Both the position numbers and the translations under genes were made by a program. Below the pieces are notes generated by a model. That model saw only the letters and a program-made list of their open reading frames with translations. It searched no databases and was not told where the DNA came from. 64,000 bases of DNA. Origin: Clostridium aceticum. GTDB taxonomy: Bacteria > Bacillota > Clostridia > Peptostreptococcales > Natronincolaceae. Shown piece by piece: positions 45,995 to 55,770 of this stretch (the stretch's first letter is position 1; every line of letters begins with the position of its first letter). The stretch covers positions 733,418 through 797,417 of the forward strand of contig NZ_CP009687.1 of the NCBI RefSeq assembly GCF_001042715.1. Direction: 5' to 3'.

Positions 45995-46477
45995 ATGAAA
46001 TTATCAAATCTTAATACAATAAATAAAGTTATAATAGTAATTATCTCAGCACTTTTTTTTGTGTTGAATCATTATTTTTTTGCTTATATTTATAACTCCC
46101 AATTAGAACTTGATGATCTTAGATTGATTACTTTTGTATTTATATTTATACCGTACTTGATATTCACTTGTATGATATACAGATATTATTTTGAAAAGTC
46201 GATAGTCAGATATACTATAACAGGATACTTTATATATCTGTCTATCATTAGTTATTATTCTGGATACAACAACCAGTTTTATAATTTTTATTACCAGATG
46301 CTATATAGTGCTCCTACATTGATGTTATATATACCTATTGCATTAACCGGGGATTATATAGGAGAAAAACTAATACCATTAAAGTCTAAATTTAATAAAT
46401 TTTTTTCTATACCTCTTATTATTTGTATTATTTATTTGGTAGTTTTTTTCTTTGCTTTAATAATCAAAAGTTCATAA
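45995..46477 (+). CDS. Polytopic membrane protein, Tyr/Ile/Phe-rich, unknown function
   Basis: Start chosen at ATG 45995 after RBS GGAGG (the track's 45929 start is upstream in frame). 4-5 predicted TM helices. Confidence 0.4.
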   Translation: MKLSNLNTINKVIIVIISALFFVLNHYFFAYIYNSQLELDDLRLITFVFIFIPYLIFTCMIYRYYFEKSIVRYTITGYFIYLSIISYYSGYNNQFYNFYYQMLYSAPTLMLYIPIALTGDYIGEKLIPLKSKFNKFFSIPLIICIIYLVVFFFALIIKSS

Positions 46478-46539
46478 GAATCGAAATAAAATCAGGTAAA
46501 GGTATCCGTCAATTGTACGCTTACGCTTTAACGCAAAAC

Positions 46540-46569
46540 TAAAAAAGCCGCAATTGGCGGCTTTTTTCT
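46540..46569. terminator. Bidirectional terminator between the unknown operon and convergent lysC
   Basis: AAAAAAGCCGCAATTGGCGGCTTTTTTC. Confidence 0.7.
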
Positions 46570-46572
46570 AGT

Positions 46573-47886
46573 TTACACAAATGCACGATAGATTGCCTCT
46601 ACAGATCTCTCAAAATCATCATTTTCAACACCTACAATAATATTAATCTCACTAGATCCTTGATCGATCATGCGAACATTAATATCCTCATTAGATAGAG
46701 CAGTGAAAAGTTTGGCAGAAATCCCAGGGGTATAGGCCATACCATGCCCCACAGTTGCAATTAGGGCCATATTAGGATGAACTTCTATTAAATCAGGATC
46801 ACATTGCTGTTGGATTTCATCTAATAATTTATCCAGTTTGTTTTCTAACTGGCAGTCAGTAACAACTACGGATACGGTATCAATACCACTAGGCAGATGC
46901 TCGAAGGAGATATTATTATTTTCAAATACGGTAAGAAGCTTTCTAACAAAACCTACCTCTGCATTCATACGATTTTTCTCTAAAGAAATAACAGTAAAGT
47001 CTTTTTTTCCTGCAATCCCTGTAATTATACTGGAGTGGGCTACAGGATCTGCATAACTGACAATCATTGTACCAGGACATTCAGGGGCGTTAGTATTTCT
47101 AATATTAATGGGAATACCAGCATCTAACACTGGGAAAATTGTTTCCTCGTGCAGGACGGAGGCCCCCATATAGGAAAGCTCCCTCAACTCACGGTAAGTA
47201 ATCTCTTGAATAGGTTTTGGATCTTTTACTATATTAGGGTCTGTCATTAATAAGCCTGCTACATCTGTCCAGTTTTCATAGACACAGGCACTAACAGCTC
47301 TTGCTACTAGAGCTCCCGTTATATCTGATCCACCTCTTGAAAAAATTTTCACATCACCACTAGGAAGAGAACCATAAAAACCTGGTATGACGGCCCTTTC
47401 ACTTATAGATAAACGTTCCTGTAGCTTCTTTTCTGTTAATTCTAAGTTTAAGGAATGATCTTTATCGAAACAGATAACTTCTCCAGCATCAATAAATTCG
47501 TAATCTAACAAACTAGATAAAATGATGGCATTCAGATACTCTCCACGACTAGCTATGTAATCTAATGATGCACCTTTTTCCATAGTACTTTTTATCTCTA
47601 TAAGATAAGGCTTAAGATCTAGTGAAAGCTCTAAGTCCGTCACAATTTCTAAGTAACGATCGCATATCTTATTAAAAGTATCATCAAAATTCACTTGATG
47701 TTGAAGTTGTGCATGACACAAATAAAGAAGATCTGTAACTTTGGTATCTTCCTTATATCTTTTTCCCGGTGCTGAAGGTATCACATACCTTCTTGTTTCA
47801 TCCCACTGAATAATATTTTGCACTTTTCGAAATTGACCAGCATCCGCCAGTGAAGTTCCACCAAATTTAGCTACTTTTATATCCAT
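46573..47886 (-). CDS. lysC: Aspartate kinase (amino-acid kinase domain + two ACT domains)
   Basis: Start at MDIKVAKFGGTSL (RBS AAAGGGGG), 48 nt inside the track's 47934 start. C-terminal ACT domains. No L-box (lysine riboswitch) recognisable upstream. Confidence 0.9.
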   Translation of the reverse strand: MDIKVAKFGGTSLADAGQFRKVQNIIQWDETRRYVIPSAPGKRYKEDTKVTDLLYLCHAQLQHQVNFDDTFNKICDRYLEIVTDLELSLDLKPYLIEIKSTMEKGASLDYIASRGEYLNAIILSSLLDYEFIDAGEVICFDKDHSLNLELTEKKLQERLSISERAVIPGFYGSLPSGDVKIFSRGGSDITGALVARAVSACVYENWTDVAGLLMTDPNIVKDPKPIQEITYRELRELSYMGASVLHEETIFPVLDAGIPINIRNTNAPECPGTMIVSYADPVAHSSIITGIAGKKDFTVISLEKNRMNAEVGFVRKLLTVFENNNISFEHLPSGIDTVSVVVTDCQLENKLDKLLDEIQQQCDPDLIEVHPNMALIATVGHGMAYTPGISAKLFTALSNEDINVRMIDQGSSEINIIVGVENDDFERSVEAIYRAFV

Positions 47887-48124
47887 ATTATTTACCCCCT
47901 TTAAAACTTTGAACTTTTTGTTGTTCACTGACATTCTATGTCATATGATTGATATTTTTTAGACGCTATTTTACTATTATAAGCATATGGTGGACAAATG
48001 TCAATGAAGGAAAGACAAAAATATAAAACTATCTTAATGCATACAATCCTTTGGGAAACGTCTAATGGACTATAACATAACATATAATTTAGTGTATATA
48101 GTTTTCTATAAGGAGGTTGAGATA

Positions 48125-48934
48125 TTGAAGGAAGCAAACTTTCAAGAAGTAGCTTTATTTGAGCACCGATTTTGGCTCCAAGTATTAGGAGATCATGCAC
48201 GATTTATATTTGATAATCTATCACCCAAGGAAACAAAGGAAATAGAACAGGCCAATCGTTTTATTTGTATTTTTGATAAACTATTGGAGGAAGCTAGAAA
48301 ACCACTGAAGGATACGGAAGTAATGGCTCTTACGAATCAAGCCTATCATTATGCTCATGAAATCCGACTGTTTAAGCTGGACTTAATACGTCAGCACTTA
48401 ATTGGGGACATAGAGTTAGGTTTACCTCCTACTTTTATTAATCATATGGTAAATGAAGTAGAAGAATATTTGAGAGTATTAGCGTATCTGATGACAAGTC
48501 AAATACCTGTATCTACTGCCATTCATAATCATCTTGTGTGGCTTCTAGATGCCGCTGGCCATGCCGCTGGCATTGCTGGTGATTTAGATATGGTAGAGAA
48601 AAGGTTGACAGAGCAAAGTCAACTCTTTACACAGCGTTTCGAAGAGTTTTACATAAAGGCTGTAGAAATGGCAGGGTACATGCGGACCTGTCTTGAGACA
48701 TTCCCTGCCTTTGACCGATTTAATCTACAGGTAGAGGGTGAAATTCAATTATTTAAAGTGTTTTTAAGAGAACTGGAGGAGATGGAGTTAGGCAACAAGG
48801 TTCTGGGCACTTTAAGTGCTCTCATGTTAGATCACATGGCTAGGGAAGAATGTTACTATCTTATAAAATTAGCTGAAGCATCGAATGTAAGGATGCCTGA
48901 TTGTGACCCTACAAAGCCTAGAACCGAAGGATGA
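48125..48934 (+). CDS. DUF2935-like protein (two repeated helical domains)
   Basis: FWLQVLGDHARFI and a second related half (HLVWLLDAAGHAAGI) resemble the FW..IM.EHA.FI signature of DUF2935. TTG start at 48125 follows RBS AAGGAGG. The track's ATG at 48065 has no RBS. Confidence 0.45.
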   Translation: MKEANFQEVALFEHRFWLQVLGDHARFIFDNLSPKETKEIEQANRFICIFDKLLEEARKPLKDTEVMALTNQAYHYAHEIRLFKLDLIRQHLIGDIELGLPPTFINHMVNEVEEYLRVLAYLMTSQIPVSTAIHNHLVWLLDAAGHAAGIAGDLDMVEKRLTEQSQLFTQRFEEFYIKAVEMAGYMRTCLETFPAFDRFNLQVEGEIQLFKVFLRELEEMELGNKVLGTLSALMLDHMAREECYYLIKLAEASNVRMPDCDPTKPRTEG

Positions 48935-48947
48935 TTTTCTATTGGCG

Positions 48948-49850
48948 TTATAAGCCAATTTCCGTAAAAAAGTCATGTAATAATGTATCGTATTCCTCTT
49001 GGTTATGCCAGTAGGCTTTAACATGACCAGCATTAGGAGCTAAATAAAGTTTTTTAGCTCCTTTTTTTGTATGGTACATAGCTGTTGTCATGCTACTGGG
49101 AATGTAGCTATCTTCAGCACCATGAACAAAAAAAATAGGCGTATCTACTTCTTTAATAGCCTTTATAGGGCAAACAGCATGGAAGGAGCTTTTTGTTTTT
49201 AACCTATAAAAAAAATTAGCAATCTGTAGAAAAGGGAAGGGAGGCAAATGATATTCTTTTTTTAGGCGATACTTTAAGATATCAAAAAGGCTAGCGTAGG
49301 GACAGTCTGCAACATAAAAAGACACCCTAGTATCTATCTCAGCATGTTGTAATAATATAGCAGCTCCCATAGATTCTCCGTGGACACCTATTTTACAGTA
49401 ATCACCATGCCTTTGAAAAACCCAGTCGATCCAAGCTTTTAGATCATACTTTTCATAAAAACCATAGGTGGTAGTGCTCCCACCGCTTTTTCCATGGTTT
49501 CTATGGTCATAAAGTAAAACATTGAAGTCTCTTTTTAAGTACAACGCCATATACTTAACACATCCGTAGAGAGTATAGGTGATACCATGGCACAAGATGA
49601 TGGTTTTTTTAGATCCTTCCCTAGGAAAGTAAAGACCGTAGAGATTATATCCATAGGGAGACTTTATAACAACTTCTTCTTTATGTAAACCTTGAAAAGT
49701 AGCTTCATTTATTCTACCAGCCTCTACTTCCGCATGATAGGTTTCTTCTGGAGAGAGGGTCTTGGGATAAAGAACAATGGTAGATAGATAAAAACTAATG
49801 CCTATAATCAGCAGCAGAAGAATAGTTAAAACAGATAACAGAAAAATCAA
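48948..49850 (-). CDS. Alpha/beta hydrolase with N-terminal membrane anchor
   Basis: 300 aa. Nucleophile elbow GESMG and HGxxD motifs. Confidence 0.8.
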   Translation of the reverse strand: MIFLLSVLTILLLLIIGISFYLSTIVLYPKTLSPEETYHAEVEAGRINEATFQGLHKEEVVIKSPYGYNLYGLYFPREGSKKTIILCHGITYTLYGCVKYMALYLKRDFNVLLYDHRNHGKSGGSTTTYGFYEKYDLKAWIDWVFQRHGDYCKIGVHGESMGAAILLQHAEIDTRVSFYVADCPYASLFDILKYRLKKEYHLPPFPFLQIANFFYRLKTKSSFHAVCPIKAIKEVDTPIFFVHGAEDSYIPSSMTTAMYHTKKGAKKLYLAPNAGHVKAYWHNQEEYDTLLHDFFTEIGL

Positions 49851-49902
49851 TAATAAAACCTCCTTAGATTTTTACATAAACTCATAAATAAAATGTTATA
49901 AT

Positions 49903-50011
49903 CATTAGTGTTAACTTAAGTCATGCTTTGTCATTTCAAGATCCTTCGCTATGCTCAGGGTGACAAATTGGGAGGGGTTTTGGAAATAATTAGCTTAAGT
50001 TAATATCTATG
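49903..50011. repeat. Full-length family-1 MITE-like element (second complete copy)
   Basis: CATTAGTGTTAACTTAAG ... CAAGATCCTTCGCTATGCTCAGGGTGACAAA ... TTAAGTTAATATCTATG. Collinear with 27275-27392. Confidence 0.7.
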
Positions 50012-50072
50012 ATATTATAATAAAAAAATAAAAATAACAACTACAATGATACATGTCTTAGGAGGAAAAATA

Positions 50073-50342
50073 ATGCCCTATACTTATATGTTGCGATGTG
50101 CTGATGAAACCTTTTATACTGGATGGACCACAGATTTGTATAAAAGATTAAAGGTTCATAATGAAGGAAAAGGTGCCCGATATACAAGGGGAAGAGGCCC
50201 TGTAAAGCTGGTGTATTGGGAAATCTACAGTAATCGCAGCGATGCACAAAAAAGAGAAGCTAGTTTAAGACGACTTAAGCGACAAGAGAAGGAAGATCTA
50301 GTAAAATCCTTCCAACAAACCAACTGCCTGCAGATACCATAG
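50073..50342 (+). CDS. Stand-alone GIY-YIG nuclease-domain protein (UPF0213/YhbQ-like)
   Basis: 90 aa. YTYMLRC...FYTGWTTDLYKRLKVHNEGKGARYTRGRGP is the GIY-YIG motif set. RBS GGAGG. Confidence 0.75.
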   Translation: MPYTYMLRCADETFYTGWTTDLYKRLKVHNEGKGARYTRGRGPVKLVYWEIYSNRSDAQKREASLRRLKRQEKEDLVKSFQQTNCLQIP

Positions 50343-50443
50343 CCCTATAAAAAAATTCTAAATTTTGTAAGAAGATGTTCACAGAAGGGTATAAATATGA
50401 TACAATAAGCATACGAACATATGTTTTGTGAGGACCATAAAAA

Positions 50444-50635
50444 TTGAAAGGGAATAGGTTGATGAAGAGGAATAAAAGTGAGTTAGAAAGATTAAGAAAA
50501 AAACTAAATGATGCCTTAAGTGCTACTGGAGGAAAGGTAACAAGCGACATTATAAAAACAAGTCAGAAACTAGATACCTTGATAGTTAGAGAGATTAAGT
50601 CACATATATGTGATGAGAAAAAAAGAAAAGCGTAG
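50444..50635 (+). CDS. Spo0E-family sporulation regulatory phosphatase-like protein
   Basis: 63 aa. LERLRKKLNDAL...SQKLDTLI matches the Spo0E helical hairpin signature (SQxLDxLI). Confidence 0.6.
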   Translation: MKGNRLMKRNKSELERLRKKLNDALSATGGKVTSDIIKTSQKLDTLIVREIKSHICDEKKRKA

Positions 50636-50703
50636 AAATACTTTGATATCCTTAGAAAAAATCCTCAAAAGGAGGATTTTTTCTAAGGAGTTTTTAATTT
50701 CTA

Positions 50704-51213
50704 TTATTCACCAGCTGGAGGAGTGAAGGTTCTTTGGGCTAATTCGCTATCTAACATATAGATGGCATGATCATTTTCTCCAATTCGCTTAAGTTTGTTA
50801 ATAATGCCAGTCATAGTAGCTTCTTCCTCTACTTGCTCATCAATAAACCAGTTTAAGAAGCTAACACAAGCATAATTTTTTTCCTGTACAGCTAGGTCCA
50901 TCAAATGGTTAATTCTACTGGTAACAAATTCCTCGTGTTTTAAGGCATCTGTAAATACTTCTAATACAGAAGCAAAATCATTTTTAGGATCTTCAAAACC
51001 ATAAACTAAAGTACGACCACCTAATTCACTGATGAAATTAAAGAACTTCATAGCGTGGAATCTCTCTTCTTCAGCTTGTACAATAAAGAAGTTTGCGAAA
51101 CCGTCTAGATCTAAATCTTTACAGTAAGCCGCCATAGCCAAATAATAGTTAGCAGAGGCAAACTCATATTTTACTTGAAGATTAAATTCTTTTGCTAAGT
51201 TTTCTGATATCAT
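50704..51213 (-). CDS. Ferritin (bacterial non-haem ferritin)
   Basis: Start at MISENLAKE (RBS AGGAGG). Ferroxidase-centre residues are present (EFASANYY..., QAEEERFHAMKF). Confidence 0.85.
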   Translation of the reverse strand: MISENLAKEFNLQVKYEFASANYYLAMAAYCKDLDLDGFANFFIVQAEEERFHAMKFFNFISELGGRTLVYGFEDPKNDFASVLEVFTDALKHEEFVTSRINHLMDLAVQEKNYACVSFLNWFIDEQVEEEATMTGIINKLKRIGENDHAIYMLDSELAQRTFTPPAGE

Positions 51214-51495
51214 AAATAACCCTCCTAAATTTTTGAAAATTTTATTGCTCTTATAAAATATTATAAAAGATTGTTGTAAGAATAACAATAATATTTACCA
51301 ATACATACATTTTTTATTGTAAACATCTTGTAAAGGACTTATTTATTATTTACACCAAATTATATAAAATAAACATTAATTTCATTTTTTGTCTAAACTT
51401 TTCCTCGGTTAATATAAGTTTTGATGGTTTTCAACGGTTTTTTTCCTACGCCAAAAAAGATATAATAGGGACAAGAAGAATTAAGGAGGAGAATC

Positions 51496-52374
51496 ATGGC
51501 TTATAAATTATTAGCAACAGATATGGACGGAACTTTGCTGATGGATAACAAGGTCTTGTCTAAGGAAAATATAGAGGCTTTGAAAAAAGCAAAGGAAGCA
51601 GGTATAGAAATCGTCATTTGTACTGGAAGACCTTATGTTACGGTAAAGCCTTATTTAGATAAACTAGGTTTTGATTGTTGGGTTGTTACAAACAATGGTG
51701 CTGTTATTAGAAACAAAGAAGGCAAAATTATCTCAGTAGTCTATATGAAATCCCAGGCCTTAGATGAAACCATCAAACTTCTGGAAGAAGAGAAAGTATA
51801 TTATCATGTATCGGATGAAAAATATACCTTTATAAAAAGCAGGAGAGATAGAATTCATTTTATTAAGAAGTTTATATTGCAAACGGAAACCTCCTATTGG
51901 AAGGCAACTTTATTAGCACCTTGGATTGTACTATGCAGAGGAAATCATAAAAAAGTTAAGTTCTCTACTTTTGTTAGCCAAGGGGGAAGAGCTGCCAGTA
52001 TTTTTATTCTTTCAGAAGATAAAGAAGAACTACAAAACTTAAAAAAGAAAATACAAAAAATCAAGAGCATTAAAGATATAGATATTACCAGCTCTGGTTG
52101 GAATAATGTAGAAGTGTTAGATGCAGAAGCCACCAAAGGAAAGGCTTTAGAAAAGATTGCTGAAGTAATAAATATAAAGAAAGAGGAAATCATAGCAGTA
52201 GGAGACAATCTGAATGATCTTTCCATGATTCAATATGCAGGTTTAGGTGTAGCTATGAAAAATGGCGAAAAAGAGGTTATAGAAGCCGCCGACTGGGTTA
52301 CGACAACTAATGAAGAACATGGAATAGCTCACCTAGTGAAGCATGTTATAGAAAAAGAAGGTACAACAGCATAA
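51496..52374 (+). CDS. Cof-type HAD-IIB family phosphatase
   Basis: 292 aa. Motif I LLATDMDGTLL. C-terminal GDNLNDLSMIQYAGLGVAMKN is typical of Cof-like hydrolases. Confidence 0.85.
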   Translation: MAYKLLATDMDGTLLMDNKVLSKENIEALKKAKEAGIEIVICTGRPYVTVKPYLDKLGFDCWVVTNNGAVIRNKEGKIISVVYMKSQALDETIKLLEEEKVYYHVSDEKYTFIKSRRDRIHFIKKFILQTETSYWKATLLAPWIVLCRGNHKKVKFSTFVSQGGRAASIFILSEDKEELQNLKKKIQKIKSIKDIDITSSGWNNVEVLDAEATKGKALEKIAEVINIKKEEIIAVGDNLNDLSMIQYAGLGVAMKNGEKEVIEAADWVTTTNEEHGIAHLVKHVIEKEGTTA

Positions 52375-52535
52375 TCATAGAAAAACCTCCCCTTTTAGAA
52401 ATTTATAGATACAATTACTCTTAAAACCCCAGAATCAAAGGAAATGTACCTATAAAAAACAAATTGTATCTAAAATGAATCTATTATATAATGATAAAAA
52501 AGATTTTGTCATTATACTTGTAGTGGGGAGGAAGG

Positions 52536-53096
52536 ATGATGGAAGAAAAAGCAGCTGTAAACAAGGGAAGGGATACCGTACTAAGTCAAAGCAATAAAAC
52601 AAAGGATTTAGTGTTTACGGGATTATTGGTAGCACTAGTATTTATAGCAACAAAGTTTATTAATATTAGATTACCTATTCAGAGTAACGGAGGTTTGATT
52701 CATTTAGGCAATACGATGTTATTTATGATCGCTATTGCTTTTGGTAGTAAAAAGGGTGCTATAGCAGGAGCTTTTGGTATGGGATTATTTGATGTTGTAG
52801 CAGGATGGATGGCATGGGCACCTTTTACTTTTGTCATTAGAGGCGTGATGGGTTACTTGATGGGTACAATTTCTCATGCAGGTGGGAAAAAAGGCAATAA
52901 CACCATATGGAACCTAATTGCTGTTGTGGTTGGCGGGATTTGGATGTTGGTTGGTTATTATATCACAGAAGTAATCCTTTATGGTAACTGGATTGTACCC
53001 ATTGGTTCAATACCAGGAGATATTGTTCAAATTGTGTTAGGGGCTATTATTGGGTTACCGATGGCGGCTACTTTGAAGAAGTCTAAAATAGTATAA
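52536..53096 (+). CDS. Small 5-6-TM membrane protein resembling an ECF-transporter S (substrate-capture) component; substrate unknown
   Basis: 186 aa. Gly-rich TM helices (GAIAGAFGMGLFDVVAGW). Sits upstream of two PLP-dependent enzymes. Confidence 0.45.
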   Translation: MMEEKAAVNKGRDTVLSQSNKTKDLVFTGLLVALVFIATKFINIRLPIQSNGGLIHLGNTMLFMIAIAFGSKKGAIAGAFGMGLFDVVAGWMAWAPFTFVIRGVMGYLMGTISHAGGKKGNNTIWNLIAVVVGGIWMLVGYYITEVILYGNWIVPIGSIPGDIVQIVLGAIIGLPMAATLKKSKIV

Positions 53097-53125
53097 AATT
53101 AGCTTGAATAGGAGTGTGTAATAGG

Positions 53126-54259
53126 ATGAAAACCCCTTTGATTATGACACCAGGACCTACTTATGTCAGTGAAGAAGTAAGGAGAGCTTTATCTAGAGAA
53201 ATTACAAATCCTGATTTAGATCTGGATTTTTATGAATTTTATAAGGAAACCTGTCACCAAATAAAAAAATTATTAAATACTAAAAATGATGTACTAATCC
53301 TCAGTGGAGAAGGCATATTAGGCTTGGAAGCTGCATGTGCCTCCTTAATAGAGGATGGTGATAAAGTATTGGTAATTGATAATGGCATCTTCGGCAAAGG
53401 GTTTGGAGATTTTGCTAAAATGTATGGTGGTGAAGTACAATTCTTTCAATCAGATTATGAAAGTGCCATTGATGTGGATAAACTAGAAAAATTTTTAGAG
53501 GAAAATCATGATTTTAAATTAGCAACCCTAGTGCATTGTGAGACACCATCTGGCATTACAAATCCAATAGAGGTTATTTGCCCTATGTTGAAAAAGTATG
53601 GCATCATCACTGTAGTGGATGCTGTTTCTTCTGTAGGAGGAGAAACACTAAATACAGATGCGTGGAAGATTGATATGGTGTTGGGAGGATCACAAAAGGT
53701 TCTATCAGCACCTCCTGGCTTGACCTTTTTAAGTATTAGTGAAGAAGCATGGGGGGCCATTTCAAATAGAAGGACGCCTATCATAGGATATTACTGTAAT
53801 CTGGCTATCTGGAAAAATTGGTATGAAGATCAGTGGTTTCCTTATACTCAGCCTGTTAGTGATCTATATGCCATAAGAGCAGCAGTAGACATGCTGCTAG
53901 AGGATAAAGAAGCATTAGAAAGACATAGAAAAATTGCTGAAGCCCTCAGAAAAAGCTTAAAGGATGCAGGAATACAACTATATGCAAAGGAGGGCTTTTC
54001 TAATACTGTTACAACCTTCATGGTGCCGGAAGGGATTACATTTCGCCAGGTTTACGAGGATATGTTGAAAAATCATGGGATCATGATTGCTGGTGCCTTT
54101 GACTTCTTAAAGGATCGGGTGATTAGGATTGGACATATGGGAGAAAATTGCTATGAAGAAAAAGTATACAGCACATTAAAGGCATTGGACCAAGTATTTA
54201 GAAAGTATAATATCCCACTAAGGGGTGAATTACATAAACTGTTTGTAGAATATGTATAG
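53126..54259 (+). CDS. Class-V aminotransferase (alanine-glyoxylate / serine-pyruvate aminotransferase family)
   Basis: Start at MKTPLIMTPGPT (canonical AGXT N-terminus). PLP-lysine region SGGSQKVLSAPPG. Confidence 0.85.
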   Translation: MKTPLIMTPGPTYVSEEVRRALSREITNPDLDLDFYEFYKETCHQIKKLLNTKNDVLILSGEGILGLEAACASLIEDGDKVLVIDNGIFGKGFGDFAKMYGGEVQFFQSDYESAIDVDKLEKFLEENHDFKLATLVHCETPSGITNPIEVICPMLKKYGIITVVDAVSSVGGETLNTDAWKIDMVLGGSQKVLSAPPGLTFLSISEEAWGAISNRRTPIIGYYCNLAIWKNWYEDQWFPYTQPVSDLYAIRAAVDMLLEDKEALERHRKIAEALRKSLKDAGIQLYAKEGFSNTVTTFMVPEGITFRQVYEDMLKNHGIMIAGAFDFLKDRVIRIGHMGENCYEEKVYSTLKALDQVFRKYNIPLRGELHKLFVEYV

Positions 54260-54396
54260 TTGAATCAGCTAACTTATTGGCACTTTTATTTAAAGTTTTT
54301 TATGATCTACTGTTTTGTCTACCCTAGTCTTCTTGACTTTTTATGGCATTTCGGTTATTTTGTATAATAAAGCTAAAGAACAAAGGGAGGAATCGG

Positions 54397-55371
54397 GTGG
54401 TGGTAAACTTTCAAGATATCTTAGACGCAAGGAAACGTATTAGAAAATATATATGGGAAACACCACTGGATTTTTCCATGAACTTAAGCACAAAGGAGCG
54501 AAATGTTTTTTTAAAACTAGAATGTCAACAAAAACTAAAGAGTTTTAAGATAAGAGGTGCTTTGAATAAACTCATTAGCTTGACACCGGAAGAAAGGCGA
54601 AGGGGTGTTATGACGGTTTCTTCTGGAAATCATGGGGCTGGGGTAAGCTATGGTACAAGCTTGTTAAAGGATATGAAGGCTACGGTATTTGTACCTGTTA
54701 CTACCCCTGAAGTTAAAATAGAAAAAATTAAATATTATGGTGCAGAGATTCAACTACAGGGGCAAAATTATGATGAAACCTATAAAATTGCTATGAACTA
54801 TGCTAAGGAAAGACAGCTGACTTTTATCGATTCATCTTCAGATAGAGAGGTAATTGCAGGACAGGGTACAATTGCCATGGAAATTTTAGAGAAGAGTCCA
54901 GAGATAGACACAATTCTTGTGCCTATAGGTGGAGGAGGAATGATTACTGGCATAGGTATAGCCGCCAAAGCCATCAAGCCCTCCATCAAGGTAATCGGGG
55001 TACAAACCGCTGCTTGTCCTGCTATGGTACAATCTCTAAAAAACAAGGTATGCTACATAGAATTTCCTACCAAAGCTTCCATATGTGAAGCCTTGGTGGG
55101 TGGTGTTGGAGAGATTCCTTATCATATGGCAGGGAATTGTATTGATGATATTCTTCTAGTGGAGGAAGCGTCGATAAGAAAAGCGGTTTTGGATTTGATG
55201 TATAAAGAAAAAGTTGTGGCAGAACCTTCGGGGGCTATAGGGTATGCTGCTTATATGACGAAACAGCACTTATTTAAAGGCAAAAATACGGCTATTATTA
55301 TATCTGGTGGTAATATAAATTTTCAATTAGCAGAAGAAATATTTGTTGACACTGTAAGTGAGGCGTTATAG
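54397..55371 (+). CDS. PLP-dependent serine/threonine dehydratase-family enzyme
   Basis: GTG start after RBS AAGGGAGG. FLKLECQQKLKSFKIRGA (PLP-lysine motif), GNHG and GGGG(M)ITG are the beta-family PLP signatures. Confidence 0.8.
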   Translation: MVVNFQDILDARKRIRKYIWETPLDFSMNLSTKERNVFLKLECQQKLKSFKIRGALNKLISLTPEERRRGVMTVSSGNHGAGVSYGTSLLKDMKATVFVPVTTPEVKIEKIKYYGAEIQLQGQNYDETYKIAMNYAKERQLTFIDSSSDREVIAGQGTIAMEILEKSPEIDTILVPIGGGGMITGIGIAAKAIKPSIKVIGVQTAACPAMVQSLKNKVCYIEFPTKASICEALVGGVGEIPYHMAGNCIDDILLVEEASIRKAVLDLMYKEKVVAEPSGAIGYAAYMTKQHLFKGKNTAIIISGGNINFQLAEEIFVDTVSEAL

Positions 55372-55454
55372 CAGATTACCTTTAAAAGGAATTTTTTTAA
55401 AAGCATTGACAGGGTAAAAAATATGGATTATAATGAATGAAAATTGCAAGTATA

Positions 55455-55745
55455 AATATTAAAAAAGACTATGAAGAGAAGAGTAGGTATAGGAAGTAAT
55501 TATAGCGAGTTGGTGGCGGTGGAAGACCAACATGAAGCCTGTATTGAAGAACATCTCTGAGTCCCTAATCGAAATACCTTGTGTAGAGTAGGCTTAGGCG
55601 GAACCAAACCGTTATCTATTGGACAGTATCGAATTTTTTTCCGTACTGATAAGAGAGCTAGAGTATTTAGCTAACCAAGGTGGTACCGCGGAGACAATTA
55701 TGTCCTTCGTCCTTATATAAGGATGAAGGACTTTTTATTTTGAAA
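55455..55745 (+). promoter_or_regulatory. T-box riboswitch leader (probable Asn specifier AAC) controlling asnA
   Basis: Conserved T-box AACCAAGGTGGTACCGCGGAG at ~55673-55693. Terminator GTCCTTCGTCCTTATATAAGGATGAAGGAC + TTTTTATTTT at 55700-55742. GAAGAACAUC in the candidate specifier region. Confidence 0.85.
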
Positions 55746-55770
55746 AAATTTAATTCTAGGGGGTTTTTTT

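Noticed and set aside
47925-48200. 91-aa minus-strand ORF upstream of lysC, and the possibility of a lysine (L-box) riboswitch there
   Set aside because: The ORF has no RBS and overlaps the likely DUF2935 promoter and start. The region lacks the conserved L-box sequence elements, so no riboswitch is called.
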